From Planctomycetota bacterium (GTDB lineage: Bacteria > Planctomycetota > Phycisphaerae > UBA1845), in contig JBBTCJ010000013.1 of the NCBI GenBank assembly GCA_038043285.1, positions 17,852 to 81,851 on the forward strand: a DNA stretch of 64,000 bases, in the 5' to 3' direction. The notes below the pieces were generated by a model. It searched no databases, was not told where the DNA came from, and worked only from the letters and a program-made list of their open reading frames with translations. The translations under genes were made by a program, and so were the position numbers. Positions 39,616 to 48,385 of the stretch are shown piece after piece. How positions within the stretch are numbered: position 1 is the first letter of the stretch; each line of letters opens with the position of its first letter.

Positions 39616-39945
39616 CTACACACGCATCTGCTGAATCTCCTGATACGCGTCGGTGAGCTTGTTACGAATCTCCATTAACAAGTCGAAGGCGATTCCCGCT
39701 TTGTTGACCGCGGCGAACACCTCGGCAACGTTGTTCGTCTGACCGGTGACCAGCTTCTGCACGCCCTCGTCCGCTTCCGACTGCAGCCGATTGACCTCCG
39801 ACAGGCTGTCCAGAAGGACCGAACGGAAATCCCTGCCGGCAGCGCTCTCCGCCCCTGGTACGACGCCGGGTCGAACCGTCGTATGGACCGGGAGAATCGG
39901 GCTCGTTGAAAAAATCGGATCCGACATCGCTTCCAGAACTCCCAC
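39616..39945 (-). CDS. fliE: Flagellar hook-basal body protein FliE
   Basis: C-terminal VNKAGIAFDLLMEIRNKLTDAYQEIQQMRV. Start is either GTG at 39945 or ATG at 39927. Confidence 0.9.
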   Translation of the reverse strand: MGVLEAMSDPIFSTSPILPVHTTVRPGVVPGAESAAGRDFRSVLLDSLSEVNRLQSEADEGVQKLVTGQTNNVAEVFAAVNKAGIAFDLLMEIRNKLTDAYQEIQQMRV

Positions 39946-40000
39946 CGCCGACCGCCCCGTTCATCGCCAATGGATGCGCGCGGCGGCGTGGATAACCCCG

Positions 40001-40420
40001 TTACGCCAGCAGCGCCAGCGCTGTCCCGGCCATCCGCTTGGCCGCCTCCGCCACGGTGATGTTGGCTTCGTACGCCCGCGCGACGACCATCGCGTTAACC
40101 ATTTCGGTGTGCTCGTCCACGTTCGATACGCGGACGTATCCCTTCTCCTTACCCGCCTTGATCGCATCCGGGTGTCCCGGATCCCAGCGCAGCTCGAAGG
40201 GCGCCGGATCTTCCATGATCGAGGTCACGTGCACGCCGGGTGCATCCTTCCCCCGCGCGGGATCGCCGGCGGAAAGCAGAGCCACCCGACGGCGATACGG
40301 GGCCGGGTCGCCCGCATCATTGCGCGTCACGTCCTTCATCGCCACGTTCCCGGCGATCACGTCCAGTTGCGTGCGATAGGCAACCAGAGCCGACGTACTG
40401 ACGTCCAGGGTTCCAAACAC
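40001..40420 (-). CDS. flgC: Flagellar basal-body rod protein FlgC
   Basis: MFGTLDVSTSALVAYRTQLDVIAGNVA (GTG start). C-terminal VRVSNVDEHTEMVNAMVVARAYEAN. Confidence 0.95.
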   Translation of the reverse strand: MFGTLDVSTSALVAYRTQLDVIAGNVAMKDVTRNDAGDPAPYRRRVALLSAGDPARGKDAPGVHVTSIMEDPAPFELRWDPGHPDAIKAGKEKGYVRVSNVDEHTEMVNAMVVARAYEANITVAEAAKRMAGTALALLA

Positions 40421-40450
40421 GCGTCCATCGCTCCTTGCATCCGAAAACGC

Positions 40451-40888
40451 CTACCGTGCCGAACCTCGAATCGCCGTGCGCATTCGGTCGAAGCTACCCC
40501 TCAGCAGCGCACTGGCCATTTCATGCGTCATCGCGGTCTCCGCCAGGTCCGCCATCTCCCGCTCTAGCGATAGATTGGTGCCGTCGTGGAACAGAACATT
40601 GTCCACCGGCTTGTCGGAAGGCGTCACTCTCAGTCGCCCACGCTCGTCCGTAGCCACTTCTTTCCCGCCGCGAATCTGGAAAGGCCGCCCCGCGCCTTCG
40701 TCCCGCACGTCCAATGCCTCTTGCAAGGCTCGTTGGAATCCCTTCGCGTCGAGCTGCTTGGCTCGGTATCCGGGGGTATGGGTGTTGGCGACGTTGTTCG
40801 CAATCACCTGCGCCCGATGTTCGGCGAAGGTCATCGTGGCAATCAGCGCCGGCGCCGCTCCGCCGTCGGTCAACGTCGAAAAGAACAC
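40451..40888 (-). CDS. flgB: Flagellar basal-body rod protein FlgB
   Basis: FAEHRAQVIANNVANTHTPGYRA. The ORF-track start (41089) adds a basic non-protein-like leader. GTG 40886-40888 is preceded by GGGGAGA at about 6 nt. Start uncertain. Confidence 0.8.
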   Translation of the reverse strand: MFFSTLTDGGAAPALIATMTFAEHRAQVIANNVANTHTPGYRAKQLDAKGFQRALQEALDVRDEGAGRPFQIRGGKEVATDERGRLRVTPSDKPVDNVLFHDGTNLSLEREMADLAETAMTHEMASALLRGSFDRMRTAIRGSAR

Positions 40889-40951
40889 TTTGCGTCTCCC
40901 CAAACCATCAACCTTGGCGCGCCTCACCGCCCGGCGCCGCAGCTTCGACCA

Positions 40952-40969
40952 TGACACAGCCCGTGCCAA
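40952..40969 (-). promoter_or_regulatory. Candidate sigma54 (-24/-12) promoter for the flgB operon (weak -12)
   Basis: Coding strand reads TTGGCACGGGCTGTGTC about 65-80 nt upstream of the proposed flgB GTG. TGGCACG matches the -24 element. The -12 reads GTGT instead of TTGC. Confidence 0.3.
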
Positions 40970-41085
40970 CACATAACAACCCTCGAATCGAGGCTGGCAA
41001 GGCGACCTTTCACCAAAACCCGATCGGCCGACCTTGCGCTCAGCGCACTTCCTGCGCCCGGCCGCCATCGACGCCCGGATCAGCC

Positions 41086-42480
41086 TCACACACCCTGTCC
41101 GGTCATCGCCAGCCGCTCATTGCGCGAGGCGGCCTCATCGCGCCACTGTTTGAGCTTCATGCCCAATGTTCGGATTCCCATGCCCAGCGCTTTGGCGGAC
41201 TTGGCCCGATGTCCGTCGAACCGCTGCAGTGTGCGTTCGATGAGGATCCGCTCCATGTCCTCAAGCATTCTTCCGTCGCGGAGCGCGCCGATTCCGTCCG
41301 CGGCTGCCGTCTTGGGCTTTACCCACGGTTCAATCAGTTCCGGTTGGATCTCGTCCGTGCGGCACAACGTGGCGGCCCGACAGCACAGGTTCTCCAACTC
41401 GCGGACGTTGCCCGGCCACTCGTACTCCGTCAGCAGTTGCATCGCCTCCGGCGACACGCGGACCCCCGCCGGTCCGCCGGTGGCTTGCGCCCGCTCCAGG
41501 AAATGCCGGACCAGCTCCGGGATATCCTCGCGACGATCGCGCAGCGGAGGAACACAAACCGGCAGGACGTTCAACCGGTAGAAGAGATCCTGACGAAACC
41601 GCTTCCTCGCCACCCACTGCTCCAGATCGCGGTTGGTGGTGGCGACGACGCGAACGTTCACCCGCCGCGTCACGCTGCTACCCACCCGCTCAAACTCGCC
41701 TTCCTGCAGCACTCGAAGCAGCTTGGCCTGCAATGGAGCGGCCAATTCTGATATCTCATCAAGCAAAAGCGTGCCGCCGTCCGCGAGTTCGAAACGTCCC
41801 TTCCGAGCACGATCCGCCCCGGTGAACGCACCCCGCTCGTGTCCGAACAGTTCACTTTCCAGCAATGCGGGCGACAGTGCGGCGCAGTTGACGCACAACA
41901 TCGGCCTGTCCGCGCGAGGCGAGTTCCGGTGCACCTGCGACGCGACAAGTTCCTTCCCCGTTCCGGATTCCCCGGTAATCAGCACGGTCGCGTGACTTGA
42001 AGCCACCTTCTCGAGTTGGCGACGCAGATCCTCCATCGCGGGTCCGCTTCCGACAAGACCTCGCTGGAACCGGATGTCCTCGACTGTCGCCTTCAGTGCC
42101 TCGTTTTCCCGGCGAAGCCGCGCGTGTTCCAGAGCACGCTCAATCAGCACCGCGACCGTTTCGGCGTCAAAGGGCTTCTGGATGTAATCAAACGCTCCGA
42201 TTTTCATGGCCTCGACCGCCGTGGAGACCGTCGCGTAGGCGGTCATGACGATGATCGGCGTTTCGCAGCCGGCGGCCCGCAGGTCGCGAATCAGCGTCAG
42301 TCCGTCCGTGCCCGGCATTTTCAGGTCGGTCATCACTACGTCGAACCGCTGCTCCTTGATCCGCTCGATCGCCTCCGCAGCGTCGGCGAATGTCGTCACC
42401 TCGTGGTCCTCGCGGATCAGCGCCGTCTCCAGCGAACCGCGCAGGATTTCCTTGTCGTCCACGACCGCGATGTTTGCCAT
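41086..42480 (-). CDS. Sigma54-dependent response regulator (NtrC/FlgR/FleR-type)
   Basis: REC domain: IAVVDDKE, VVMTDLKMPGTDG. AAA+ domain: GESGTGKELVA, GAFTGA, LLLDEI. C-terminal HTH. Start at ATG 42478-42480 (MANIAVV). Confidence 0.95.
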   Translation of the reverse strand: MANIAVVDDKEILRGSLETALIREDHEVTTFADAAEAIERIKEQRFDVVMTDLKMPGTDGLTLIRDLRAAGCETPIIVMTAYATVSTAVEAMKIGAFDYIQKPFDAETVAVLIERALEHARLRRENEALKATVEDIRFQRGLVGSGPAMEDLRRQLEKVASSHATVLITGESGTGKELVASQVHRNSPRADRPMLCVNCAALSPALLESELFGHERGAFTGADRARKGRFELADGGTLLLDEISELAAPLQAKLLRVLQEGEFERVGSSVTRRVNVRVVATTNRDLEQWVARKRFRQDLFYRLNVLPVCVPPLRDRREDIPELVRHFLERAQATGGPAGVRVSPEAMQLLTEYEWPGNVRELENLCCRAATLCRTDEIQPELIEPWVKPKTAAADGIGALRDGRMLEDMERILIERTLQRFDGHRAKSAKALGMGIRTLGMKLKQWRDEAASRNERLAMTGQGV

Positions 42481-42648
42481 GTTCCGCCACGACCTCCTTA
42501 CCCACGCAACCGGTTCCCAACGTCTCTTCCGCGCCCGCGCTGCGGGTTCGGGACAGCCTCCAACCTCTCCGAGTACCCTGGACGCGGGCCTCCAGCCCAT
42601 GCAACCATCCGGCACCACACCTGCGCCGCATCCATTCGCCGGGCGCTT

Positions 42649-43557
42649 TCAGCTCGCGCGGCGTATCACGCGGCGATTCCCCAGCGGATCAGCAGCCACA
42701 GCGGGAAGGCGCAGAACCATCGATGTCCCGCCACCGATGCGTGACTCCGCCCGCACCTCGCCGCCGTGCGCCTCTGCGATCCCGTGAACAATTGCCAGTC
42801 CAAGCCCGGTCCCCGAATCCTTCGTGGTGAAGAACGGATGGAACACCCGGTCCTTCACCGCGGGATCGATTCCCGGTCCGTTGTCCTCCACGGACACCGA
42901 AACGAGCGGCGTGCCTTGATGCCGACCGACACCCGTGGGGCTTGCAGCCCTCACCCAGACTTGTCCGCCTCGATCCACCGCCTCGATCGCGTTGCAAATC
43001 AGATTGACCAGTGCGCGCTCGATTTGTCCCGGATCGCACCGAACACCGACCCGGCCAACCGAACCGTCGACTTCGACGCTGACGCCCGCCTGATCCGCGG
43101 CGCGCGCCGTCTGCTCCACGGCGCGAGCGACGATCTCGGCCAGCAAGGCCTCCTCGAACTTCGGCTCCGCTCCACCGGCGAACGCCAGGATGTCGCGGAT
43201 GATTCCCTCCATGTTCTGGACGCCGTCGCTGATTCGCCGCGCGATCTCCCTTTGTGCGGGCCGATCGGCGAGGTCGCGTTCCAGCAGCGACGAGTACAAC
43301 CCGATCCCGCCCAACGGATTGCGAATCTCGTGGGCCACTCCCGCGGCCATCCGCCCCAGGGCAGCCAACCTCTCGCGGCGTTGCAGCTCTCGGTTCTTCT
43401 CTCGCAGCTCGTCGCGCAAACGATGCACCTCCGCGGCCAGCGCTTCGTGGGACCGTTTCAATCGCTCGGCCACGTCGTTGTACGTCCGCAGGAGCGAAAC
43501 CCAGTCAGGCTCCGTGGCGTGGGTCACAATCGATCGGGGAATCGTTGCCGGCATCAT
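42649..43557 (-). CDS. Cytoplasmic sensor histidine kinase (NtrB/FlgS-like, no TM segment)
   Basis: N-terminal coiled coil. H-box AAGVAHEIRNPL. N/G boxes LICNAIEA, DNGPGI, GTGLGLAIV. Start overlaps the upstream stop (ATGA). Confidence 0.9.
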   Translation of the reverse strand: MMPATIPRSIVTHATEPDWVSLLRTYNDVAERLKRSHEALAAEVHRLRDELREKNRELQRRERLAALGRMAAGVAHEIRNPLGGIGLYSSLLERDLADRPAQREIARRISDGVQNMEGIIRDILAFAGGAEPKFEEALLAEIVARAVEQTARAADQAGVSVEVDGSVGRVGVRCDPGQIERALVNLICNAIEAVDRGGQVWVRAASPTGVGRHQGTPLVSVSVEDNGPGIDPAVKDRVFHPFFTTKDSGTGLGLAIVHGIAEAHGGEVRAESRIGGGTSMVLRLPAVAADPLGNRRVIRRAS

Positions 43558-44027
43558 GTGCCCTCACTCACCAGGTCGATGCGCGTCGAACGGTCGACGG
43601 CGGCGCGATAGGCGCACATCGCGGCGCCCGTGGCGTCGGCCGCGCGGAGGGTCGCCGCGACGCCCTGCTTCCTCGTCGCCAGTATCCGCGCATCCAGCTC
43701 ATCCGATTCGATCACCCGGCGAAGGCGCTGGTCCGCGACGCCGAGCAGTCGCTCCGCCTCCTCCCGCTCAGGCAAGGGAAGAGTGCCGCAAAATTCCGCC
43801 CACTTCCGGCGAAACGGGCGGAGACGGGAGGCGATCTCGGTCAGGGCGGTCGACATGAGCCGTCGGTCCTCCAGCAGTCCCAGCAACGGACCGACGTCCG
43901 AGCCGGTCACGAGCATGCGCTGCCGGGCGGCGAATGCCTCAAGTCGTGCGTACAGCGAATCCTGCTCCCGAAGCAGCGCCAACAATTCGCCGCCCGCAAC
44001 TATTTCCATGGATCCCGACGCGTACAT
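43554..44027 (-). CDS. Hypothetical helical protein, FlgN-like (tentative)
   Basis: 157 aa. LLALLREQDSLYARLEAFAARQRMLV...LLGLLEDRRLM... resembles the FlgN chaperone pattern. Translationally coupled to the kinase gene. Confidence 0.4.
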   Translation of the reverse strand: MYASGSMEIVAGGELLALLREQDSLYARLEAFAARQRMLVTGSDVGPLLGLLEDRRLMSTALTEIASRLRPFRRKWAEFCGTLPLPEREEAERLLGVADQRLRRVIESDELDARILATRKQGVAATLRAADATGAAMCAYRAAVDRSTRIDLVSEGT

Positions 44028-44042
44028 GAAGATGCTTGCCCC

Positions 44043-46508
44043 CTAAAACAAGTCTGTCGCCGCCAACCATTCAAAGTACCCGACCCAGTCTTGTTTCCGC
44101 TCCGGCGAGACACTGATGGCAAACGACTCCTCGGGCATCGCACGAGCCAGCACCTGGGCCCGCGCCAGCGCGGCCCGCGCCTCCCGCGGTTGTCCGAGAA
44201 ATGCATGACAGTTGATGATCTGGACATACGCCGATAACGCGCTCACCGACTCCTTAAACGTTCCGGCCGCCTCCTCGTACAGCTTCAGGGCCACGTCGTA
44301 TTCCTGAGCGTCGAAGTAACAGTCCGCCTCATAGAAATAGGCGTGCCGCAGGTACATCCGCTCCAGGCGGTTCAGTTGTCCCGAACCGCGGCGCTCGTAC
44401 TCGTCGATCATTTCGCGGAACCAGCGGCGCGCCTGTCCGAAACGCTGCGACGAATCCCGGCGAATCGCTTCGATCTCTCCGCCGAACTGTGCCGTCTGGG
44501 CGTCGCGGCGGAGCGCCAGGGCGCTTTGTCGGTATGAATCCGCCAGAAGAAACCTCGCCCGCCACACCCTCGGATCGCTCGGATAACGATCCAAAGCCTC
44601 CTGAAGGACCGTTACCGACCGTTCGTAATCCTGTTTTCGCTGCAGCACGTCGCCGAGCAGAAACAGGGCGTCCCCGAACTCCGGCGCCTCCGGGGTAAAG
44701 ACGTCCGAGTCCTCTAGGACGATCCGCAGCGTTTTCTCGGCCAGGTCCAGCTCGTCCGCCCCCATGGCCAGATGGCATCGCGCCAGGGGAACGAGCGTAC
44801 GAATTCCGTCCAGGGTCTCCGGAAAGCGTCGATGGCACTCCTGGAAGGCTTCCACCGCCTCCTTCAGCCGCCCAGCCGCCTGTTGTAGTTGACCGATCCG
44901 GAGCAACGCCCGTGGAACCAGCGAGTGCGAAGGTCGGTTCTCCAGAAACTTGCGGTAGAGCCTGATGGCTTCGGACCGATCCCCGGCTTTGGCCGTCAGT
45001 TCAGCCGCAAGCCACGCGGCGTCGGCGACGCGACGTTCATCCTGCAGCGGAAGTTCCGCGAGTTTTCCAAACGTCGCGGCTGCCGCGCGAAATGAATCGC
45101 GGACGGTTCCCGCCCGATCACCTGCATCAGACGCGGCAAGCGGTTTGGATGCGTCTTCGGCTTGAACCAATTGTTCGGCGTGGTCCCGGGCGATGGCCCC
45201 AAGCTGCTGCATGTGCAACGCTGTTTGCTCAATGTCCTCGGGATCGACGAGATTCACGGCGAGCTTCGCGTAGGCCTCGGCCGCCGCGAGCTGTCCAAGC
45301 TGTCGGCGTTGCTCGGCCATGACCGCAAGCGATGCTCGAAGCGTATCGTGGTTGACCAACCGGGTGTCCCCGTCCAGGGCGAGATCGGCGACGACGTCGC
45401 TGTAGGCGCCGATGGCTGCTTCCGTCCTCTCCAGGTGGACCTGCGCCTCGGCGATGCCCAATCGGCACGCGGTCGCATAGGGCCCGACGGGATGATGGGC
45501 CAGCACGTCGCGGAAGAACGACATGGCCTCTTCCGGGCGTTTCGGTCCGTCGTCGAAAAGGACCACCCGCCCCAGAAGCCAGCCCGCTTTGGCGCTGATC
45601 GCGCTGTCCGCCGGAACGCGGTTGCGCAACGTGCGGAGAAGCACCTCGGCCTCGTTAAACCGCCCAAGTTTGTACAGAACAAACCCGTGCAGGTATTCCA
45701 ATTCGTCTGGAAGGGTGCCGTCGGAACCTCGATCGCGGTAAGACTCCAGGATCGGCTCCGCCTGGTCGATTCGCCCCTGCGCGTCGAGGATCTCTATCTT
45801 CTCTTCCAACCCCCAGGCCAGTAGCCCAGGATCGTTTTCCGGGATCTCCTTGAGAAGCGCGTCGAGGTCCGGCGCCAACTCGTCCGGACCGGCATGCTCA
45901 CGATCCCGCCGAGCCTCATGGATATGCTTCTTGATCGCCAGCGGATTCGTCGCTCCCGCTCGGATCGCCTCCTCCAACCATTGCAGCGCCAGTACGACGT
46001 TGCCGGTCCGTTCCAACGCGCGGCCCAACCGCTCGAAATCAATCGCGGTCATCGGCGCACCGTAGGCCGCCGCCTCGCGGTAGTGCTCGATGATCGCATC
46101 GAGCGCCGCCCGTGAGCGCCAACCATCCTCCGCGGCGACGCGGTACTTCGTACGCGCAAGCTGAAGGTGCACCGGGGCGCAGGGTCCGCCGGCGCACTCC
46201 GGACGCTTGAGAACTTCCTGTCCGAACGCCAGCGCCCGATCGTACATTTCGGCGCGTACGAACAGCTCCAGCGTCGAGGCGGCCTCCGCCAGCGAGGTCT
46301 TATGAGGATCGGGACGGAGAAGGAAAACCGACGCCGGAAGGATGATGAACGACAAGGCAAGAAGCGGAATCTGCCACTTCCCGGACGCGCGGGTCAACAG
46401 CAGACGCCATGACGACGTGTCGCTCATCCTGAGCCTGATCCGTTCCCTGAAGCCGCGCCGTCCCAGCGCGGTAAGACATTGTCGGCAGATTCTGCCCCGT
46501 GACTTCAC
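44043..46508 (-). CDS. Membrane-anchored TPR-repeat protein
   Basis: About 800 aa. N-terminal TM (IPLLALSFIILPASVFLL) followed by many TPR-like units (A..~y~~A~~~~P). ATG at 46427 (MSDTSSW) is a likelier start than 46508. Confidence 0.8.
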   Translation of the reverse strand: MKSRGRICRQCLTALGRRGFRERIRLRMSDTSSWRLLLTRASGKWQIPLLALSFIILPASVFLLRPDPHKTSLAEAASTLELFVRAEMYDRALAFGQEVLKRPECAGGPCAPVHLQLARTKYRVAAEDGWRSRAALDAIIEHYREAAAYGAPMTAIDFERLGRALERTGNVVLALQWLEEAIRAGATNPLAIKKHIHEARRDREHAGPDELAPDLDALLKEIPENDPGLLAWGLEEKIEILDAQGRIDQAEPILESYRDRGSDGTLPDELEYLHGFVLYKLGRFNEAEVLLRTLRNRVPADSAISAKAGWLLGRVVLFDDGPKRPEEAMSFFRDVLAHHPVGPYATACRLGIAEAQVHLERTEAAIGAYSDVVADLALDGDTRLVNHDTLRASLAVMAEQRRQLGQLAAAEAYAKLAVNLVDPEDIEQTALHMQQLGAIARDHAEQLVQAEDASKPLAASDAGDRAGTVRDSFRAAAATFGKLAELPLQDERRVADAAWLAAELTAKAGDRSEAIRLYRKFLENRPSHSLVPRALLRIGQLQQAAGRLKEAVEAFQECHRRFPETLDGIRTLVPLARCHLAMGADELDLAEKTLRIVLEDSDVFTPEAPEFGDALFLLGDVLQRKQDYERSVTVLQEALDRYPSDPRVWRARFLLADSYRQSALALRRDAQTAQFGGEIEAIRRDSSQRFGQARRWFREMIDEYERRGSGQLNRLERMYLRHAYFYEADCYFDAQEYDVALKLYEEAAGTFKESVSALSAYVQIINCHAFLGQPREARAALARAQVLARAMPEESFAISVSPERKQDWVGYFEWLAATDLF

Positions 46509-46699
46509 CGCCGTACGAAGGGCTGTCGCGCCCCGTTCGCAGTGTTGCCGCGCGGGTTTCTCCTTCGCGCCCGATCAACCCTAAGCTCTGGCGCCGCTGA
46601 GAGTTGCGTCACCATGCGCGTTGCGCGAATTCGGCAAGAACTTTTTTCACGCCGCGCGGCGCGGCCGAGATGTCCGCAGGGCCCATCCAATGCCCGGAC

Positions 46700-46741
46700 C
46701 CAAAAAAGCCCGGCGAGGCGACTCGCCGCCGCCTCGCCGGA
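46700..46741 (-). terminator. Intrinsic terminator of the 94-aa protein gene
   Basis: Perfect 11-bp stem ccggcgaggcg (46710-46720) / cgcctcgccgg (46730-46740) with a 9-nt loop, followed on the coding strand by a T6 run (aaaaaa at 46702-46707 on the plus strand). Confidence 0.75.
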
Positions 46742-46771
46742 TCGGATGATTCTCAGGAACGGCTGACGCGA

Positions 46772-47056
46772 CTAGAAGTTCACGTTGCAGTCGATGTTCG
46801 ACGCAATCGTCCGAGCCTTGGTAATTGGAATGAACGGATTGTCGCTGATCTTCGTCACAAACAGCGGCTCGCAGCCCACGATGGTCAGCAGCGGCGAGCG
46901 GCCGGGGGCGACGCCGTCATCGGGCACGCGGAGAAGGTGTCCGCTCCAGTTACAGATGTAGCAACCCGGCGTGTTGATGTTTTCAAACGGAATCGTCGTC
47001 GGGATGGTGCAGTGGGAATCGTAGCCGGTGTTGCAGTTCGTCGTCGTGGTGTTCAT
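46772..47056 (-). CDS. Small Cys-containing protein of unrecognised family (94 aa)
   Basis: ATG 47054-47056 preceded by GGAGG (47065-47069, 8-nt spacer). G/C-ending codons. Has its own terminator. Six Cys including a CYIC (CxxC) motif. No signal peptide or TM segment. Confidence 0.75.
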   Translation of the reverse strand: MNTTTTNCNTGYDSHCTIPTTIPFENINTPGCYICNWSGHLLRVPDDGVAPGRSPLLTIVGCEPLFVTKISDNPFIPITKARTIASNIDCNVNF

Positions 47057-47253
47057 TCGCCGTACCTCCAAATTGGGAACTGCGGAAACGAGACAGGACC
47101 GTTTGACGACGGTTGTTCGTCGTCAAACCGGTGGACACGCGCCACCCTGCCTTTCACCGAATCTATCGGTGTCAGCGAGGTACCGGTGTAGTTGCAACCG
47201 GGGTCCGGCGGGATCGGCTCGTGGTCCGAGAAAACCCGCGGGAATCTTGCCCG

Positions 47254-48312
47254 TCAGTCCCTCACGAAGGTGAGCAGAACCTGAGCCAAAAGGAGGGGCC
47301 GAACACCGCGCGAACCTAACACGTGCTCGTCAACCGCCCGCCGGACATCGGGCTGAGCGTCAGCCTGGCCCGCATGGTTTCCGAAACCGTAGTCGTGGAA
47401 CGCCAGGCAGCCGCCTGGCGCCACCAGGCTTCGATAGTTCTCGAAATCCCTGACCACTTGGTCGTAGGAATGATCGCCGTCGATGAAAACAAGCGAAGCA
47501 CACCCGGGTCGGAGGATCCGGCGCGCGTCGTCCGACGCACCAATGTACTGCACCAGGCGGTCCCCTTCGCCGATCTGATCCAGCGCCAGGCGAACCTGCT
47601 GCCGGTTATGCGGCTGGGCGCCATGCGGATCGACCGAAACGATCTTAGCGCCGCTTCCGGCGGCGCGCAACCCCATCGCCAATGCTGAGATCGAGCGCCC
47701 GCGAAACGACCCGATCTCGATGACGCAATCGCCTTTGTCGCGGGTCCATTGGACAAGGGCATGGAGGGCGCACGTCTCAATCGGTTCGGAACAGTGGACG
47801 AAATTGACCAACTCCTCGACGTCCCGCCCGGACAACCCGTCCCACGGAACCCCGGCCACGGAGAAGAGCCTCCGAGCCATCGCCTGGGCATTGGTCCAGC
47901 GCGGCGCGGAGTTCAGCCAGTCATCGTCCGGCATGGCCTCGATGGGCAGGAACAACTCGCGCAACGCCCGACCGGCATCCTGCGTAAACGGCGTGTATCG
48001 CTGTGCGTCGGTCGCGCCGCGGCCGAAGACCAACCGACCCATGACCGTGCACAGATCGGGAAACCCGCGATCCTGTTCAAACAACGCGGCCGGACGGATC
48101 GTGCAACGCCGAGGCAGCGGCCGGCGCGGCTGAACCGTCACCGATTCGGCCTCGCACCGAACGTCGAACCAGGCCGCCGGCTGACCGATCGGCGCGACCG
48201 GAAGGTCATCCAGCCTCCAGTGAACTCGCGCGGCTTCCTGCCCAATCTCCGATTCGACTCCCGCGACCGCTTGTGCCATCCTTAACCCCTCCCATCCATT
48301 CGCGGCCGACAT
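47254..48312 (-). CDS. Class I SAM-dependent methyltransferase (Methyltransf_24/CmcI-like core) with a ~170-aa N-terminal domain of unknown function
   Basis: CVIEIGSFRGRSISALA (motif I), KIVSVDPH, LVFIDGDHSYDQVVRDFENY, GGCLAFHDY. No match recognised for the N-terminal half. Confidence 0.75.
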   Translation of the reverse strand: MSAANGWEGLRMAQAVAGVESEIGQEAARVHWRLDDLPVAPIGQPAAWFDVRCEAESVTVQPRRPLPRRCTIRPAALFEQDRGFPDLCTVMGRLVFGRGATDAQRYTPFTQDAGRALRELFLPIEAMPDDDWLNSAPRWTNAQAMARRLFSVAGVPWDGLSGRDVEELVNFVHCSEPIETCALHALVQWTRDKGDCVIEIGSFRGRSISALAMGLRAAGSGAKIVSVDPHGAQPHNRQQVRLALDQIGEGDRLVQYIGASDDARRILRPGCASLVFIDGDHSYDQVVRDFENYRSLVAPGGCLAFHDYGFGNHAGQADAQPDVRRAVDEHVLGSRGVRPLLLAQVLLTFVRD

Positions 48313-48385
48313 GGCCCACGGGCGTTGTTGTCACTGCCGCTGTTATCGGTCCGCGCGTTGCAACCTCTCCAGTCTTGCCCACTGG

